A DNA stretch of 64,000 bases, from the NCBI GenBank assembly GCA_029717555.1, contig JAMDHS010000059.1:62001-126000 (forward strand). Reading direction: 5' to 3'. Position 1 is the first letter of the stretch. Every line of letters begins with the position of its first letter. Shown one piece after another: positions 1 to 10,966 of the stretch. This stretch comes from Peribolospora baueri (taxonomy: Eukaryota). A program made the translations under genes and the position numbers. The notes under the pieces were generated by a model, which ran no database searches, was not told where the DNA came from, and was given only the letters and a program-made list of their open reading frames with translations.

Positions 1-1918
1 ACGGCGGAGGTGGCTGGGCGCCGCCTCCTGGCCCACCCCCCAACGAGTATGGAGGTGGTGGGTATGCATCTCCGCCTGGACCTCCGAGGGACGGGTATGC
101 GCCTCCGTCTGGACCTCCGCCGATGCGTGAGTACCTGCACAACAGAAGGCCCTATGTGTCCCTGACAAATAGGTGGTGACGCGCTCACCCCCGCCCGTGG
201 CGCCTTTTTTTTTCTTTGCAGAGTACGAAGACGGCCCCATCGGACCTCCGGAATACCAGCATGCCCCTGCACGCTTTGAACTCCCGGCGAATAACCAGAT
301 GGGCGATTTCAGATGGGAATATTCTAACTGCACGGGCAGGCGCAAGGCGCTCCTCATTGGCATCAACTACGTCGGTCAGAAGGCGGAGCTGCGCGGATGT
401 TGGAATGACGTAGAGAACGTGAAGAGGTTCATCACAAGTGAGTGGACGGACGAGCGAGCATCGAATTGGCCTACGCTGGAGGGGCGAGGGAGATTGGTCG
501 GGGACTGATGGAGCGCCTTTTGTGTTTCTCCTCTTCGTGACAGGTCGATATGGCTACGAGGAGGACGACATCGTGGTCTTGACCGATGCGGCCAGGGACT
601 TCCGCTCGCAGCCGACGAGGCAGAACATGGTGTGTCTCGCCTCTTGGTCGTCCGTTGTGAGTCTGCTTTGGACGTGCATTGACCTTTGCCCATCCCGTCT
701 TCATTTGCAGACCGCCGCCATGCATTGGCTCGTCCGAGATGCACGACCACACGACTCGCTCTTCTTGTGAGTGCTTTTCCATTGTGAGTCGTTCAGTCGA
801 GATGCCATTCTGATCTCATCTTTCGTTCTGGCTTGTTGCTATGCCAGCCACTACTCGGGCCACGGCGGACAGGCTCCAGCGACCGAAGGGGACGAGGAGG
901 ATGGGATGAACGAGACGATCATCCCTGTGGACTATCAAGTGGCGGGCGAGATAGAGGATGACGTGAGTGTGAAACGCACGCCCATCCAGCGTTTTCTCAT
1001 CGTTAATGGCTCCTCGCTGTGAATTTTTCTTCTGTTTGTATCGTCAACAAACAGGAACTGCACGCCATCATGGTCCGCCCGTTGCCAATCGGCTGCCGAT
1101 TGACCGCCATATTCGACAGCTGCCACTCCGGCACGGCGCTCGACTTGCCTTACATTTATTCCACTTCTGGAAAGATCAAGGAGCCGAACCTGTGCGTGCG
1201 CTTTGTCTTCTTCTCATCTGAACCTTGTCCGACGTTGCACACGGTCAGGCCAAACGTCCGGTCTCATCCTTCGTCACTGTATCCTCTGACCCATGTATTC
1301 AGGCTCGCCGACGCCGGCAAGGGGATTCTCGGCGCTGGCATGTCCTACGCGCGGGGCGACATCGGCGGCGCCCTCATGGGGCTCTTGAATACGGGGAAGC
1401 AGGCCATCAGTGGCAACAGGGCGGAGGAGATCTGTAGGGCCACGAGGAGTTCTGGTGCGGACGCCATTTGTGAGTCCTCCGACCCACCCACGAGACGACG
1501 TGAAAAGACACCGGTAGTGAGATAGGAGTACGAACAACGCTCTGACGTCTTCGTCGTTCACTCACCCTCCTTCCTCTTCAGCCTTTTCGGGATGCAAGGA
1601 CAGTCAGACGAGCGCCGACGCCTCTGAAGGTGGCCAAGCGACCGGCGCCATGAGCTGGGCCTTCATCCAGGCCTTGAGTGGGTAGAATATCCTTTCTGGC
1701 CTCGCTTTCGCTCTCCATCTTGTCCCACTCTCCTTCGCTGACCTGATACGCCAACGTCATCGATTCTGTCTTTTTGCGTCCTCGTAGCGCAATACCCGCA
1801 GCTAACCTACATGCAGCTCCTCAACTGCGTACGCGATATCCTCCGCTCAAAGTACAGCCAGCGACCTCAACTCAGCGCCAGTCATCCCTTCGACGTCAAC
1901 TTGGTCTTTCGCATGTAG
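1..1918 (+). CDS. MCA1: Type I metacaspase (caspase-like cysteine protease), multi-exon, 5' end outside window
   Basis: Pro/Gly/Tyr-rich prodomain, then [36 protein letters not shown] (catalytic His ~850-867), [18 protein letters not shown] (catalytic Cys ~1120), [11 protein letters not shown] and [17 protein letters not shown] introns join these in frame; stop TAG 1916-1918. Confidence 0.96.
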
Positions 1919-3085
1919 CGTGTCTTCCCTATTTTGCCCGGGTCTTTGTATCGCTTCGCCGAAAGATGTTGTATCGTGGGGACCGTTTGTGTGGAACTCG
2001 GCGAAAGCAGGCCTCCAGTTTTGAATGTCTCTTTGCTTTGCCTTCTCCCGGCTGAAAAGAACATGAAGGACGCACGCAGTGTCGCATCTGCAGTCGCCCG
2101 ACCGCCAGTTGCAGTTGCTCGACCGCAACTGGCGGTTCGGGCTAAAGACGTTTCTCCCACATCCATCTCAAGATGCCTTTCCTCCTTTGAACCCTCCCTC
2201 CTCTTTCTCTTCGAGTACGTCACCCGTATAGTCTCAACTCTGCAGGCCTACACCGAGAAAGATACGGCCAAGCCGACGCCAAGCGCCCTTCTTCCCAACA
2301 CAAAGCAAAGCTGCAAGCGTTCCTTCCATCGGCCATCAACAAAACAAAGTGGGTCTGAGCCAGAGCAGATTTGGGCAAAGGGGTAGGGGTGATAAATTCT
2401 GGATGGACGACATCGGCAGAAATGCCGTATCCATGTTCAGTAACGCCGATCGCCCGCCTCCTTTCGTCGATCGGCCTTGCCGGACCACTTCGTGGCAGGC
2501 TCGAGGTACAGCACATACGTCCGCCTCGCCAGACATCATGAGCAGGTATGGCGGGACGGGCTTGGAGCGCCAAAGAGGCCTTCAGGTGCGGGACGGGACG
2601 GGACGTATTGGGTGCAAACCGCTCGTCCTCAAGAAAGCCTCGTGCTAGTCAGAGGAGACGAGCTGCGAGTCACCTAGGAGGAGCTTGGTGCGTTTCTCAT
2701 AAACTTCTTTCCTTCTGGTCTCTTTCTGACGTCCACATGTTGGGTGGTGAGGTCGACCATACACATACTGGAGCTGTCCACCCGCTCGCCTTGGTCAATT
2801 GCTTCGTTATTCCAGGGTCCACCGTAAAAAACAGCGCTTTGAGCTCTAGGAAACAACGAGCTCTGGTTGCGTGAACCTTCCTTGCGAACGTGACTTTCCT
2901 CAGACGCGCACAGGATACGCTTGCCGTAGATTTTGATCCAAGGGGGATCGCGTACAATACAGGGAAAGAGAGCGAAGAGACAAGAGAGAAAGAATGATGC
3001 CAAAGAGGAATCGTTATTCGACTGAGATGCTTTTCGAGCCGAATAGAACGCCACCGGATGAGGGGGAAGGGAGGTTCGTCTCCCT

Positions 3086-5806
3086 TCAGCGACGATTCGT
3101 CTTTCCAGCTTTTCGCTTGCCTGGTGCGGATGAACAAGAGACAATTCAGCAATTAAAAAGGGGTGAGCGATATAAAGAACACGAGCCATGGACGGATAGA
3201 CGGGATAGATCTCACCTGTGTAGAGCCATTTGGGCTGTCGAATGGAAAAGAAAGCAACGAAGAAACGGTAACGCAATCGATCATATGTGAGCATGTGAGG
3301 TGACGTTGACGCGCCGGGCCGATTTGCATCAGCAATCGCCGTAGGAATCTCACCATCTTCTCCTTGATGACACGATCAGACTCTCCCGCCTTGGCATGCA
3401 TATTCCTAGTCCTGAGCGACAAGTCGTGAAGGCGAACGGCCTTGCTATGCTGCGCCGCGTCGCGCATGCCTGCCGCTTGTCGGTTCGTACCCGGCACGCG
3501 CTTGCTCGAGCCCACCGCTGTTGCGGTGCCAGAGTTGGAGAGACGCTTCTTGCGAGGCGCGTGGCGCGACGCTGCGACGCCCTCGACGGCCATCGAGTCG
3601 TCCTCGTCCTCCCACGCGTCCTCGTCGGCTTCGTCCACGTCCATGCCCTCCTCGTCGTCCAATCGCTTGCGCTTGCCCGTGAGGCCTTTGGCCTTGGCAA
3701 GCGCCGTAGCGCGCTCGGTGACGCGAGAAGGATCGATGCCGAGCTGGGTGAGCCGCTCGGACATTTGCGTGAGCGATCGCGACTGCATCTTGCGAGGGAT
3801 TACGGCGCGGTTCTTCTGCTTCTTGATGTCCTGTGACAATGCTTTCGCCTTCGCCTTCGAGGCGCGCACGTCCGCCGCCTGGGAGCGCAGAGCTTCTTCC
3901 TCGTCGTCCTCCTGCTCAACATGCGCGCGATATGACGGAACGAAGTGAATGAGAACGGTGATGGGCAGCGGGGATTACGCAGGTAGCCGTCAAACACTCA
4001 CGATCTCATCGTCGGACGCATAGAATCCCTCGGCTTCCAACCTTTCCTCCTCTCTCTCCAAAGCCTCGAGCTTCTCAAGAATGTCCGGGTCGACGAAGTC
4101 GGCCACGTTCTTACCCTCCCAGACCTCAGGAATGATATCGTACTTCCACTCCTCGTTCTCCAGCATGTAGTTCTCTGTAAGGAGAAGCCGCACGGAGTTG
4201 GGACGTTCAGATGAGAACCCGTGACAGTTGATCGGTGTAGTGCGGGAAGCGGACTCACTCTTCAAGTCGATATTGTGCACGCCCGCGCCGCCCTGCTCCT
4301 CCTGCTCGTCCTTCTCCAAACGCCGCTTGTTTGGATCGTTTTGGTCGTACTTGCGCCGAGCGAGCACGGCCTCGGGGATGAAGGGCTTGCGCTCCACGTC
4401 GTCCCTTTTAGCCGGTTGGGCGACGTGAATACGATTGATGACCGTGTTGATCTTATTGCCCTTCATTTTTGTGTCCACACGGCTGGCGAGGAGGGTGTCA
4501 CAAGCCAAGTTGCGCAGCTCTATGACGCCCTCCATGGTGAAGGTCGACGTCTCGGCCACCTGGACTGTGGTGTCGGAGGCGTTCGTGATCTCTTCGACCA
4601 ATGCCCTGCGCTCCGGCGACAAATCGGCCAGACGAGTGACGTCAGCCTTGTTCAACACGAGAAGGGTTGGCTTGGCAGCGAATAGAGGCTTGATGGAATG
4701 ATACAATTTGCACTGTCGACCGGTTTTCGAAGCAATGTGAAAGGCATGTAGAGCAACATTAGCAGACTGGGAGAACCCCTCGACTGAGAAGGGCGCTCGC
4801 TCACCTGCGCCTCGACCGTGTAGCCACATTGCTCGCTAAGGTCCATGAAGTAGAGAATGGCGGCCCTCAAGTGCGCCATGGCGGTGATGCTTTGCATCTC
4901 GATCGTGTTCATCTCTTCGAGCGGGTGGTCGAGAATGCCGGGCGTGTCAATGACTTGCCACCGGAGGTACTTGTAGTCCATGTGACCGACGAAGAGAGAC
5001 TTGGTAGTAAAGGCGTACGGCTGGACGTCGACGTCAGCGCGGGTGATTTTGTTGATAAACGAGGACTTTCCAACGTTCGGGTAGCCGCAGATGAGGAGCG
5101 TGCGGGTGTTGGGGTCGATGGAGGGGAGACGGGACATGTGCTGTCGCACTTGTTCGAGGTATGCAAGCGGGTCCTTCTGACGGCGCATAATTGTGGCCAT
5201 TCTGAACCACGAGAAGCGCAAATGACATTAAAAATATAACTCAGCGTCGCTCCCAGGTTTCTCGTCCACACTAAAGCGAGCCGACGTTCGCGCCCGCTCA
5301 CCGTCCAAGGGCGGCACGCTTCAGCTGCTTGCATCGGTACAGCGAGTCGCCGAACTTGATGAGGCGCACATAATCTTTTGCCACTTGGTCAATGAGATGT
5401 CGCGCCGTGTTGAGCTGTCCGAGGGCGAGCTTGAGGTGGTTACGGTCGTAGAGGACGTTCATAAGGGACGAGAGGAAGGGGTGGAGGTTGTCCAAAACCG
5501 GGAATTCGGAGAGGATGGTGTCGAGCTTTTCGGTGAACGCATCGCGGGTGAAGGCTACCTTTCTAGAGTAGAAGGAGCGAATGCGAGTGATCTTCCAACC
5601 GGGATGGACGACCTGAAGGAGGACACAACGAACCGACCAAGACGGGGACCGCTATGTTGAGCACGCGTGGGCGAGCAAAAAACGAGAAAAGGCTTAGCTT
5701 AGCTCACGGTGGGGGTCTTGCGCTGAGTGCGGCTGAGGACGATGTCCAGGAACTCGTCCGCAGTGGGTACGGGCGCGATGGACGCCTTGAATCCGCCGGA
5801 CGCCAT
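3086..5806 (-). CDS. NOG1: Nucleolar GTP-binding protein 1 (60S biogenesis GTPase), multi-exon
   Basis: [35 protein letters not shown]1 [59 protein letters not shown]-terminus [17 protein letters not shown] uses a 19-nt exon (3216-3234) and a last exon at 3086-3120. Confidence 0.97.
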
Positions 5807-5898
5807 GACGGTGAGCAGGATTTCCGAGCTGGTGCGTGTCCTACTCCTGACTGAGGCTGAGGAGGAGAGCAGGAACATCGCATCTCCCTCTTGTCCCA

Positions 5899-5913
5899 AA
5901 AATTGACTGCGGC
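5899..5913 (-). promoter_or_regulatory. Candidate cis-element GCCGCAGTCAATTTT upstream of NOG1 (identical copy upstream of DEG1/PUS3)
   Basis: + strand AAAATTGACTGCGGC at 5899-5913 and again at 56827-56841, in the same orientation relative to each gene. Confidence 0.45.
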
Positions 5914-6168
5914 GAGTCCGGTTCCCACGCCCCAAAGGCCGCCTCGACCGCGCTCCCCCGCGTCCCCGATGGCTGAGGCTGGGGCGGCCGGCGTCTTGGG
6001 ACGTCGTCCGACACCGAACCTGGTTCTCCCTTCGAACCCCGCTTTCACTCTTCCTTCTCACCTGAAAATCGCCCCCTCAGCATCCACCTGCGACCTCTCC
6101 TTCATTCCCTTGATCCCTGCGCTCCTTACCTTCTTGTTCTTCCTCTTCTACCCTCTTCCCTGTCCATC

Positions 6169-7323
6169 ATGTCCTCCACCAAGCTCACCGGCCGCGTCGG
6201 CAACCTGACCGACGAGCAGAAGACGGGGCTGGACCAGTTCCGGAAGGAGCTCAAGGCAGACGGCCTGTTCATCGAGAAGGTGCACGACGACGCGTGGCTT
6301 CTCCGATTCCTCCGGGCGCGCCGCTTCGACCTCGCCAAGGCCAAGATCATGTTCGCCGACAACGAGGCGTGGAGGAAGGAGTTTTCCGGGGTGGGCGTCG
6401 ACAAGCTCTATGAGACTTTCGAGTATCCGGAGAAGGAACAGGTCGACCAGTACTATCCCCAGTACTATCACAAGACCGACAAGGTGAGCAAGCTTTTCGG
6501 CCTCTGGTGCGAAGCTTTGTTGCGATATCCATGGGCGCCACGTCTCTCGTCGATTCTCTACTATGCGCACTATCGCATCGGCAGGATGGTCGCCCTGTCT
6601 ACATTGAGCAACTCGGGAGGCTCGACATCAAGGCCCTTTACTCTGTGACCACTCCCGAACGTCAACTCCAGCGTCTCGTCGTCGAATACGAAAGGTTCCA
6701 GCGGGACCGGCTGCCTGCCTGCTCTAAGGTCCAAGGCACTTTGGTCGAGACAAGCTGCACTATCATGGACCTGAAAAACGTCGGCATTTCCACGTTCTAC
6801 AAGGTGCGCAAGCTGTGTCTGCGATGGAGTGTCTTGTCGACACTTCACCCTCTGCGACGGCGCTGACAACGTCTGTGTTTACTTTGACGTAGGTGAAGGA
6901 CTACGTTCGTCAGGCTAGCGACGTCGGTCAAAACCACTACCCGGAAACGATGGTGAGAGACGGCGCTCGTGACGGTTATAGTTGATGAAACAGGGCGATC
7001 TTCGTGCGAAGTGCTCATCCAGTGTCCTTCTTCTTTTCCCTCGTGCCTGGTCATGTCGTGCTCAGGGCAAGTTCTACATCATCAACGCGCCTTACATCTT
7101 CTCGACCGCCTGGGCGATCATTAAGGGCTGGCTTGATCCGGCGACGGTGGAGAAGATCTCCATCCTGGGCTCCAACTATCACAAGGACCTCCTGGCCCAG
7201 ATTCCTGCCGAGAATCTGCCCGAGGAGCTCGGTGGCACGTGCAAGTGCCCCGGCGGCTGCAGTCTGAGCGACGCTGGAGTGTGGAATGAGACGTCCAAGA
7301 ATGGAGAGGCGGCCCCCAAGTAG
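6169..7323 (+). CDS. SEC14: Sec14 phosphatidylinositol/phosphatidylcholine transfer protein (CRAL-TRIO)
   Basis: [114 protein letters not shown]; 3 GT-AG introns. Confidence 0.97.
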
Positions 7324-9146
7324 GGTGGAGCGGAGACGAAGCACAAGTAGACTCGACCTGGTCCGGCGGAAATAATACGGGCACGGGCGCGGTTCGGCTC
7401 GGTTCTCTGTGACGGAGCTCTTCCGCGTCCTGCGTGCGGCCGTGGCTTCGGTTCACCCCTATGTATAAACGAGATTTCTTTTTCCTTGCTCGGAGAATAC
7501 CCGCCTTACAATGCTCCCGCCTTGGTCGTCTGCTAGATGCGGTTCGTAGGTGTGTGAGAACATGAGAACATGGACGGGATGGATAGATGACAAGTCATCG
7601 TCTCTTAGAAATCGGATCGGGACGCGTGGAAGGTCGAGTGAAAACGAGGGGCAGGGGTGCACGTGAAAAGGCTTGGCCTACGGACGATCGGAGAGGCGGC
7701 TGACTGGGATCGTGATGGATGTTGGGACTCGAGTAGACTCCGGCCGGGGTTCAGGGAGACGCCGCTCTGTCACGGGCATCGTTCTCTTGCCGGGTGTGTC
7801 GGCTGGACGTGGAATGTGCCAGAGCGTGTCTGCTCGCAGTGACGATCTCCGTACAGGACAGGTCGACGAGGTCGATGAATGTGAAGGAGGGGACATCGAA
7901 GAATGCAAAGGCGAGGACGTGGACGACGAAGACGAAGATTTGGTTGGGTACGAGTATGAACATGCCCGAGGACGATCACATGTTCAGAGGCACAGCCGAG
8001 CTCACGAGCAAGCCCATCTATTTACCTCCACCTTCTCTTGTTGGCCGGCAGAGTTGTGCTTCCCAGACCTTTCACCCATATCCGCCGGGCCTTCCTACTT
8101 TCTCTTCGAGTCGGCAGTGACATCTCCTTGGCCATCTAGCCGATATATCCGATGAGCGCGGGGGAGCCAGCCAAGCCACGGGGGCGAGTAGGCAAAGGCA
8201 CAAGCGTTCACATAACTGCGAGTTCGGCGTTTGTGGATGTACACATAAGCACCCACGTGTCCCGCCCTCGCCTCTGGGACGAGCTCCCAGGCTCACAAGT
8301 CCGACCACTCATCGGGCCGGTCAGGACCTGAGGGTCACCGTGTGGTACTTATGCCGCACGTGGTGAAGATGCTATAGGCAAGCTGAGCGGCGTATCGGAC
8401 CCGTCAGGCCAGAGTGCCCGCATGAGCGAGGACCGATAGCAGCGACAGAAGAGGGGAGGAGGGCACTACGCATTAACGCCCGCCGGAACACTCCCAGGCC
8501 ATGGGAACAAGGGGGAAGGGCAGGGGATAGCGAAGGGTGTTTACGAAGAGAGACGAGGCAAGTCGAGTTCATGGTAAAGGTCGTCGCTTAGCTGCTGAGT
8601 GGAGCTCCCTCTCGGCCGAGGGCTGCCCAAGGAGGCGCGTTGAGCGGTTCACGCAGCTTTTCCCGAAGACGTTCGAGCTGCCTGGTTCAGCGAGGAGCAG
8701 AAGAGGAGACTGTCGAAGGTGTTGCGATAGGACTCGTTGCAGCTCACGGAGATGGACACGTGCACAGACGACCTATCGCGAGTACGAGATGGGGGCAACA
8801 TCAACGTTGTGAAAGATGCCGCGAGGAAGAAACGTTCGGGAGACGTTCGACGAGGGAAGGAGCAAGGCGTGTCGATTACGAGCTGAGCACGTTCAGAGCC
8901 GCAGGCCGTGTGCACGGGCCTCGGCAATCCGGTCTCACGGCAGCTCGGATCCGTGTACGAAGACCTTTGTGTTCTGATCCTCCACGTCCTTCCTCCTCCT
9001 ATCGCAGGGCTTCTCATCGGGCTGCAGAGCTCTTGAGGGAAAACGAAGTTGGCCGTTTGTTTTTCTTGCTGTGCTGTCATGCTTTCGGGTCGTCCGTGAC
9101 CAAGACACCCACATATTCCCAAGCCCTCTCCAGTCACTTGCCTTGC

Positions 9147-9242
9147 CTGCCTTTGACGTGCATCTCAGCGGGGACTGGGTTGGGAAAGACCGAATACGTG
9201 AACACCGTGCTGGACCGCGCCCACGACGGGGGAAATGTCCTA
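9147..9242 (+). pseudogene. Isolated helicase-like Walker A fragment (LTCISAGTGLGKTEYVNTVLDRAHDGGNVL), opposite in orientation to the primase
   Basis: Hydrophobic strand + AGTGLGKT (9168-9191) + helix, typical of SF2 helicase motif I. It ends exactly where the minus-strand Zn-finger frame stops (9240-9242). Confidence 0.5.
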
Positions 9243-10700
9243 GCGGCCGTCAGAGTTGATCTTGCTTGTCGTGAGAGGAAGGCAGATAACCTCATCTGGC
9301 CTCACCGACATTTCTGTACGTCGGTACGTCGCCGCCAGAAAGAACGTCTTGTCGCAGCTGAAGCAGTGGAGGCCGTGCGAGCCGGTGTTTGTCATGAAGA
9401 TCCTGGCCGATGCCGTACCGATACCCTGAAGGCCACTTGTATCTTGTCTTGCCGGTGTCGTCTCACAGATTGGGCAGTACACGCATGCGCCTTGCGGTTA
9501 AGTCGATGATTTCGGGTGGTAAACCCATCCTCCATGAGGACCAAGGCTGTGTCCTCTAGAAGCGTCGATTTTGACCCTTCCTCCCGGCTGACTCCGACTT
9601 GGATATACCCACGTCCTATCGCTTTCGGGTCGGTGGCAACGCCGCGAATCTTGTCGTGCAGGTCCTGTGTACGGAGCCGAGATAACAGGTCAGGCCATCA
9701 CCTTAATCCAGTGGGAAGCAAGAGTACCCACGGTAATCATGTTGGCCTTTGTGACCCTGCAGACTGCTTCGAGGAAGCCGTTCTGCACTCCTGCGGGATG
9801 CTTGTGATGGAAAGACGCACGGGCGGCTGGTCAACGATAGAGGTCGTTTGGTGCGACGGAGAAGGGTGTGGCATTTATCGTATAGGCGCCTTCGTGCTGA
9901 ACTAGCCATGGCCATAGCTCTAATCCCTGGGAAAGCCTGCGTACGAGGGAGAAGGGAGTCGAATCCTGGCCACCAAGGCCGGTTCCCATGCGTGCTCTCC
10001 TCGTCGATGCGCTGCACTGGGCGCAAAGGCCTGGGCATTTGCACATACTTGGAGTTACCGGGCATCCTGAAACATTGGTGCTTGTTATACATGGCGAGGT
10101 CCGCGAAGTACGCTGCCTTTCCTCTTCCGTTCATTTTAAGCAGGAGCCCCATCACACCCAACTCGGTTACATCGAAGCTGGTGGCGGAGGTGAGGGCGCT
10201 GATGGTATTCCTACGGAAAAACTGGCCAAATTTCCAAGCGAGAACTGCTCCAGAAATGGTGTGGTCGTCCAGGAAGATTGGCGCGAGGATGTGGAATGAG
10301 AGCTTGGACGATGTAGATGCGGATAACACCTTCAGCCCTGATTTGATTTCATCTTCGGCCTTGCCGAAGAAGAGAGACAGAAAACTGCGTAACGGGCGAA
10401 AGAACGAGTAAGTACAAAGATAAAATAAAACCGTGACGGCCCGTTCCAGCTGACCTGGTAAGCGCCCTGAGCACAAAGTCCAGAACGTTTCTTGCATCTT
10501 CCTGCGTGAAGAAACGTACGCTCATCACGGCGTCGACGAGCTTGCTTTGAAGGCGTATCTCGCCGGGGAAGTAGTGGTGGACCCCAGCGGTGATGGAGTC
10601 GCCGTCGGCGAGTGTGCCAGGAGAGACGTCGACGTCTAAGTAAAACCTCGACGGGACATTGGAAAATATGACTTCGTCCACGCTTTTCCATTTTGTCATG
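9243..10700 (-). pseudogene. Degenerate AEP-superfamily primase-polymerase (PrimPol/NCLDV-herpes-like) with downstream C4 zinc finger
   Basis: Motif I DEVIFSNVPSRFYLDVD (DxD 10628-10636), motif II ASTSSKLSFHIL (10291-10305) and motif III FADLAMYNKHQCFRMPGNSK (D at 10099-10101). YCPIC...LHCFSC at ~9353-9479. Introns at 10385-10454 and 9665-9731. In-frame TGA at 9831-9833 and apparent frameshifts near 9930-9960 and 9500. Confidence 0.8.
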
Positions 10701-10966
10701 CGGCACGACACTGCTGAAAACCGTTCCTTGCCGCCGTCTTTTCCTCCCACCCTTCGACGGCCTGTTTCTCTCTTGTTTTTTCTTGCTGCTTTATCTTCCC
10801 TCCCCGTTGAAGACCATTTTTCTCTTGTTGGAGACCCTTTTCTCCTTGTCTTTCATCTTCCCCCGCCGATTCTCCGCACACGGCTTTCCATTTTGCCACG
10901 TGGGACGGCATTGCTGAAAACCGTTTCTGAATGTTACACTGGCGGGGGGAGGGTGGAATGTTACAC
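10681..10966. repeat. ~45-bp imperfect direct repeat spaced exactly 200 bp, plus a duplicated 11-mer GAATGTTACAC
   Basis: 10681-10725 vs 10881-10925 (37/45 identical, shared cores TTTCCATTTTG and TGCTGAAAACCGTT). GAATGTTACAC at 10929-10939 and 10956-10966. Confidence 0.85.

Noticed and set aside
2050..2960. Coding-like spacer between MCA1 and NOG1; minus-strand FFTVDPGIT resembles a RuvC-I (TnpB/Fanzor) motif
   Set aside because: No RuvC-II Glu motif, zinc finger or RuvC-III found in any downstream frame. A 4-residue match is not enough, although a decayed element cannot be excluded.
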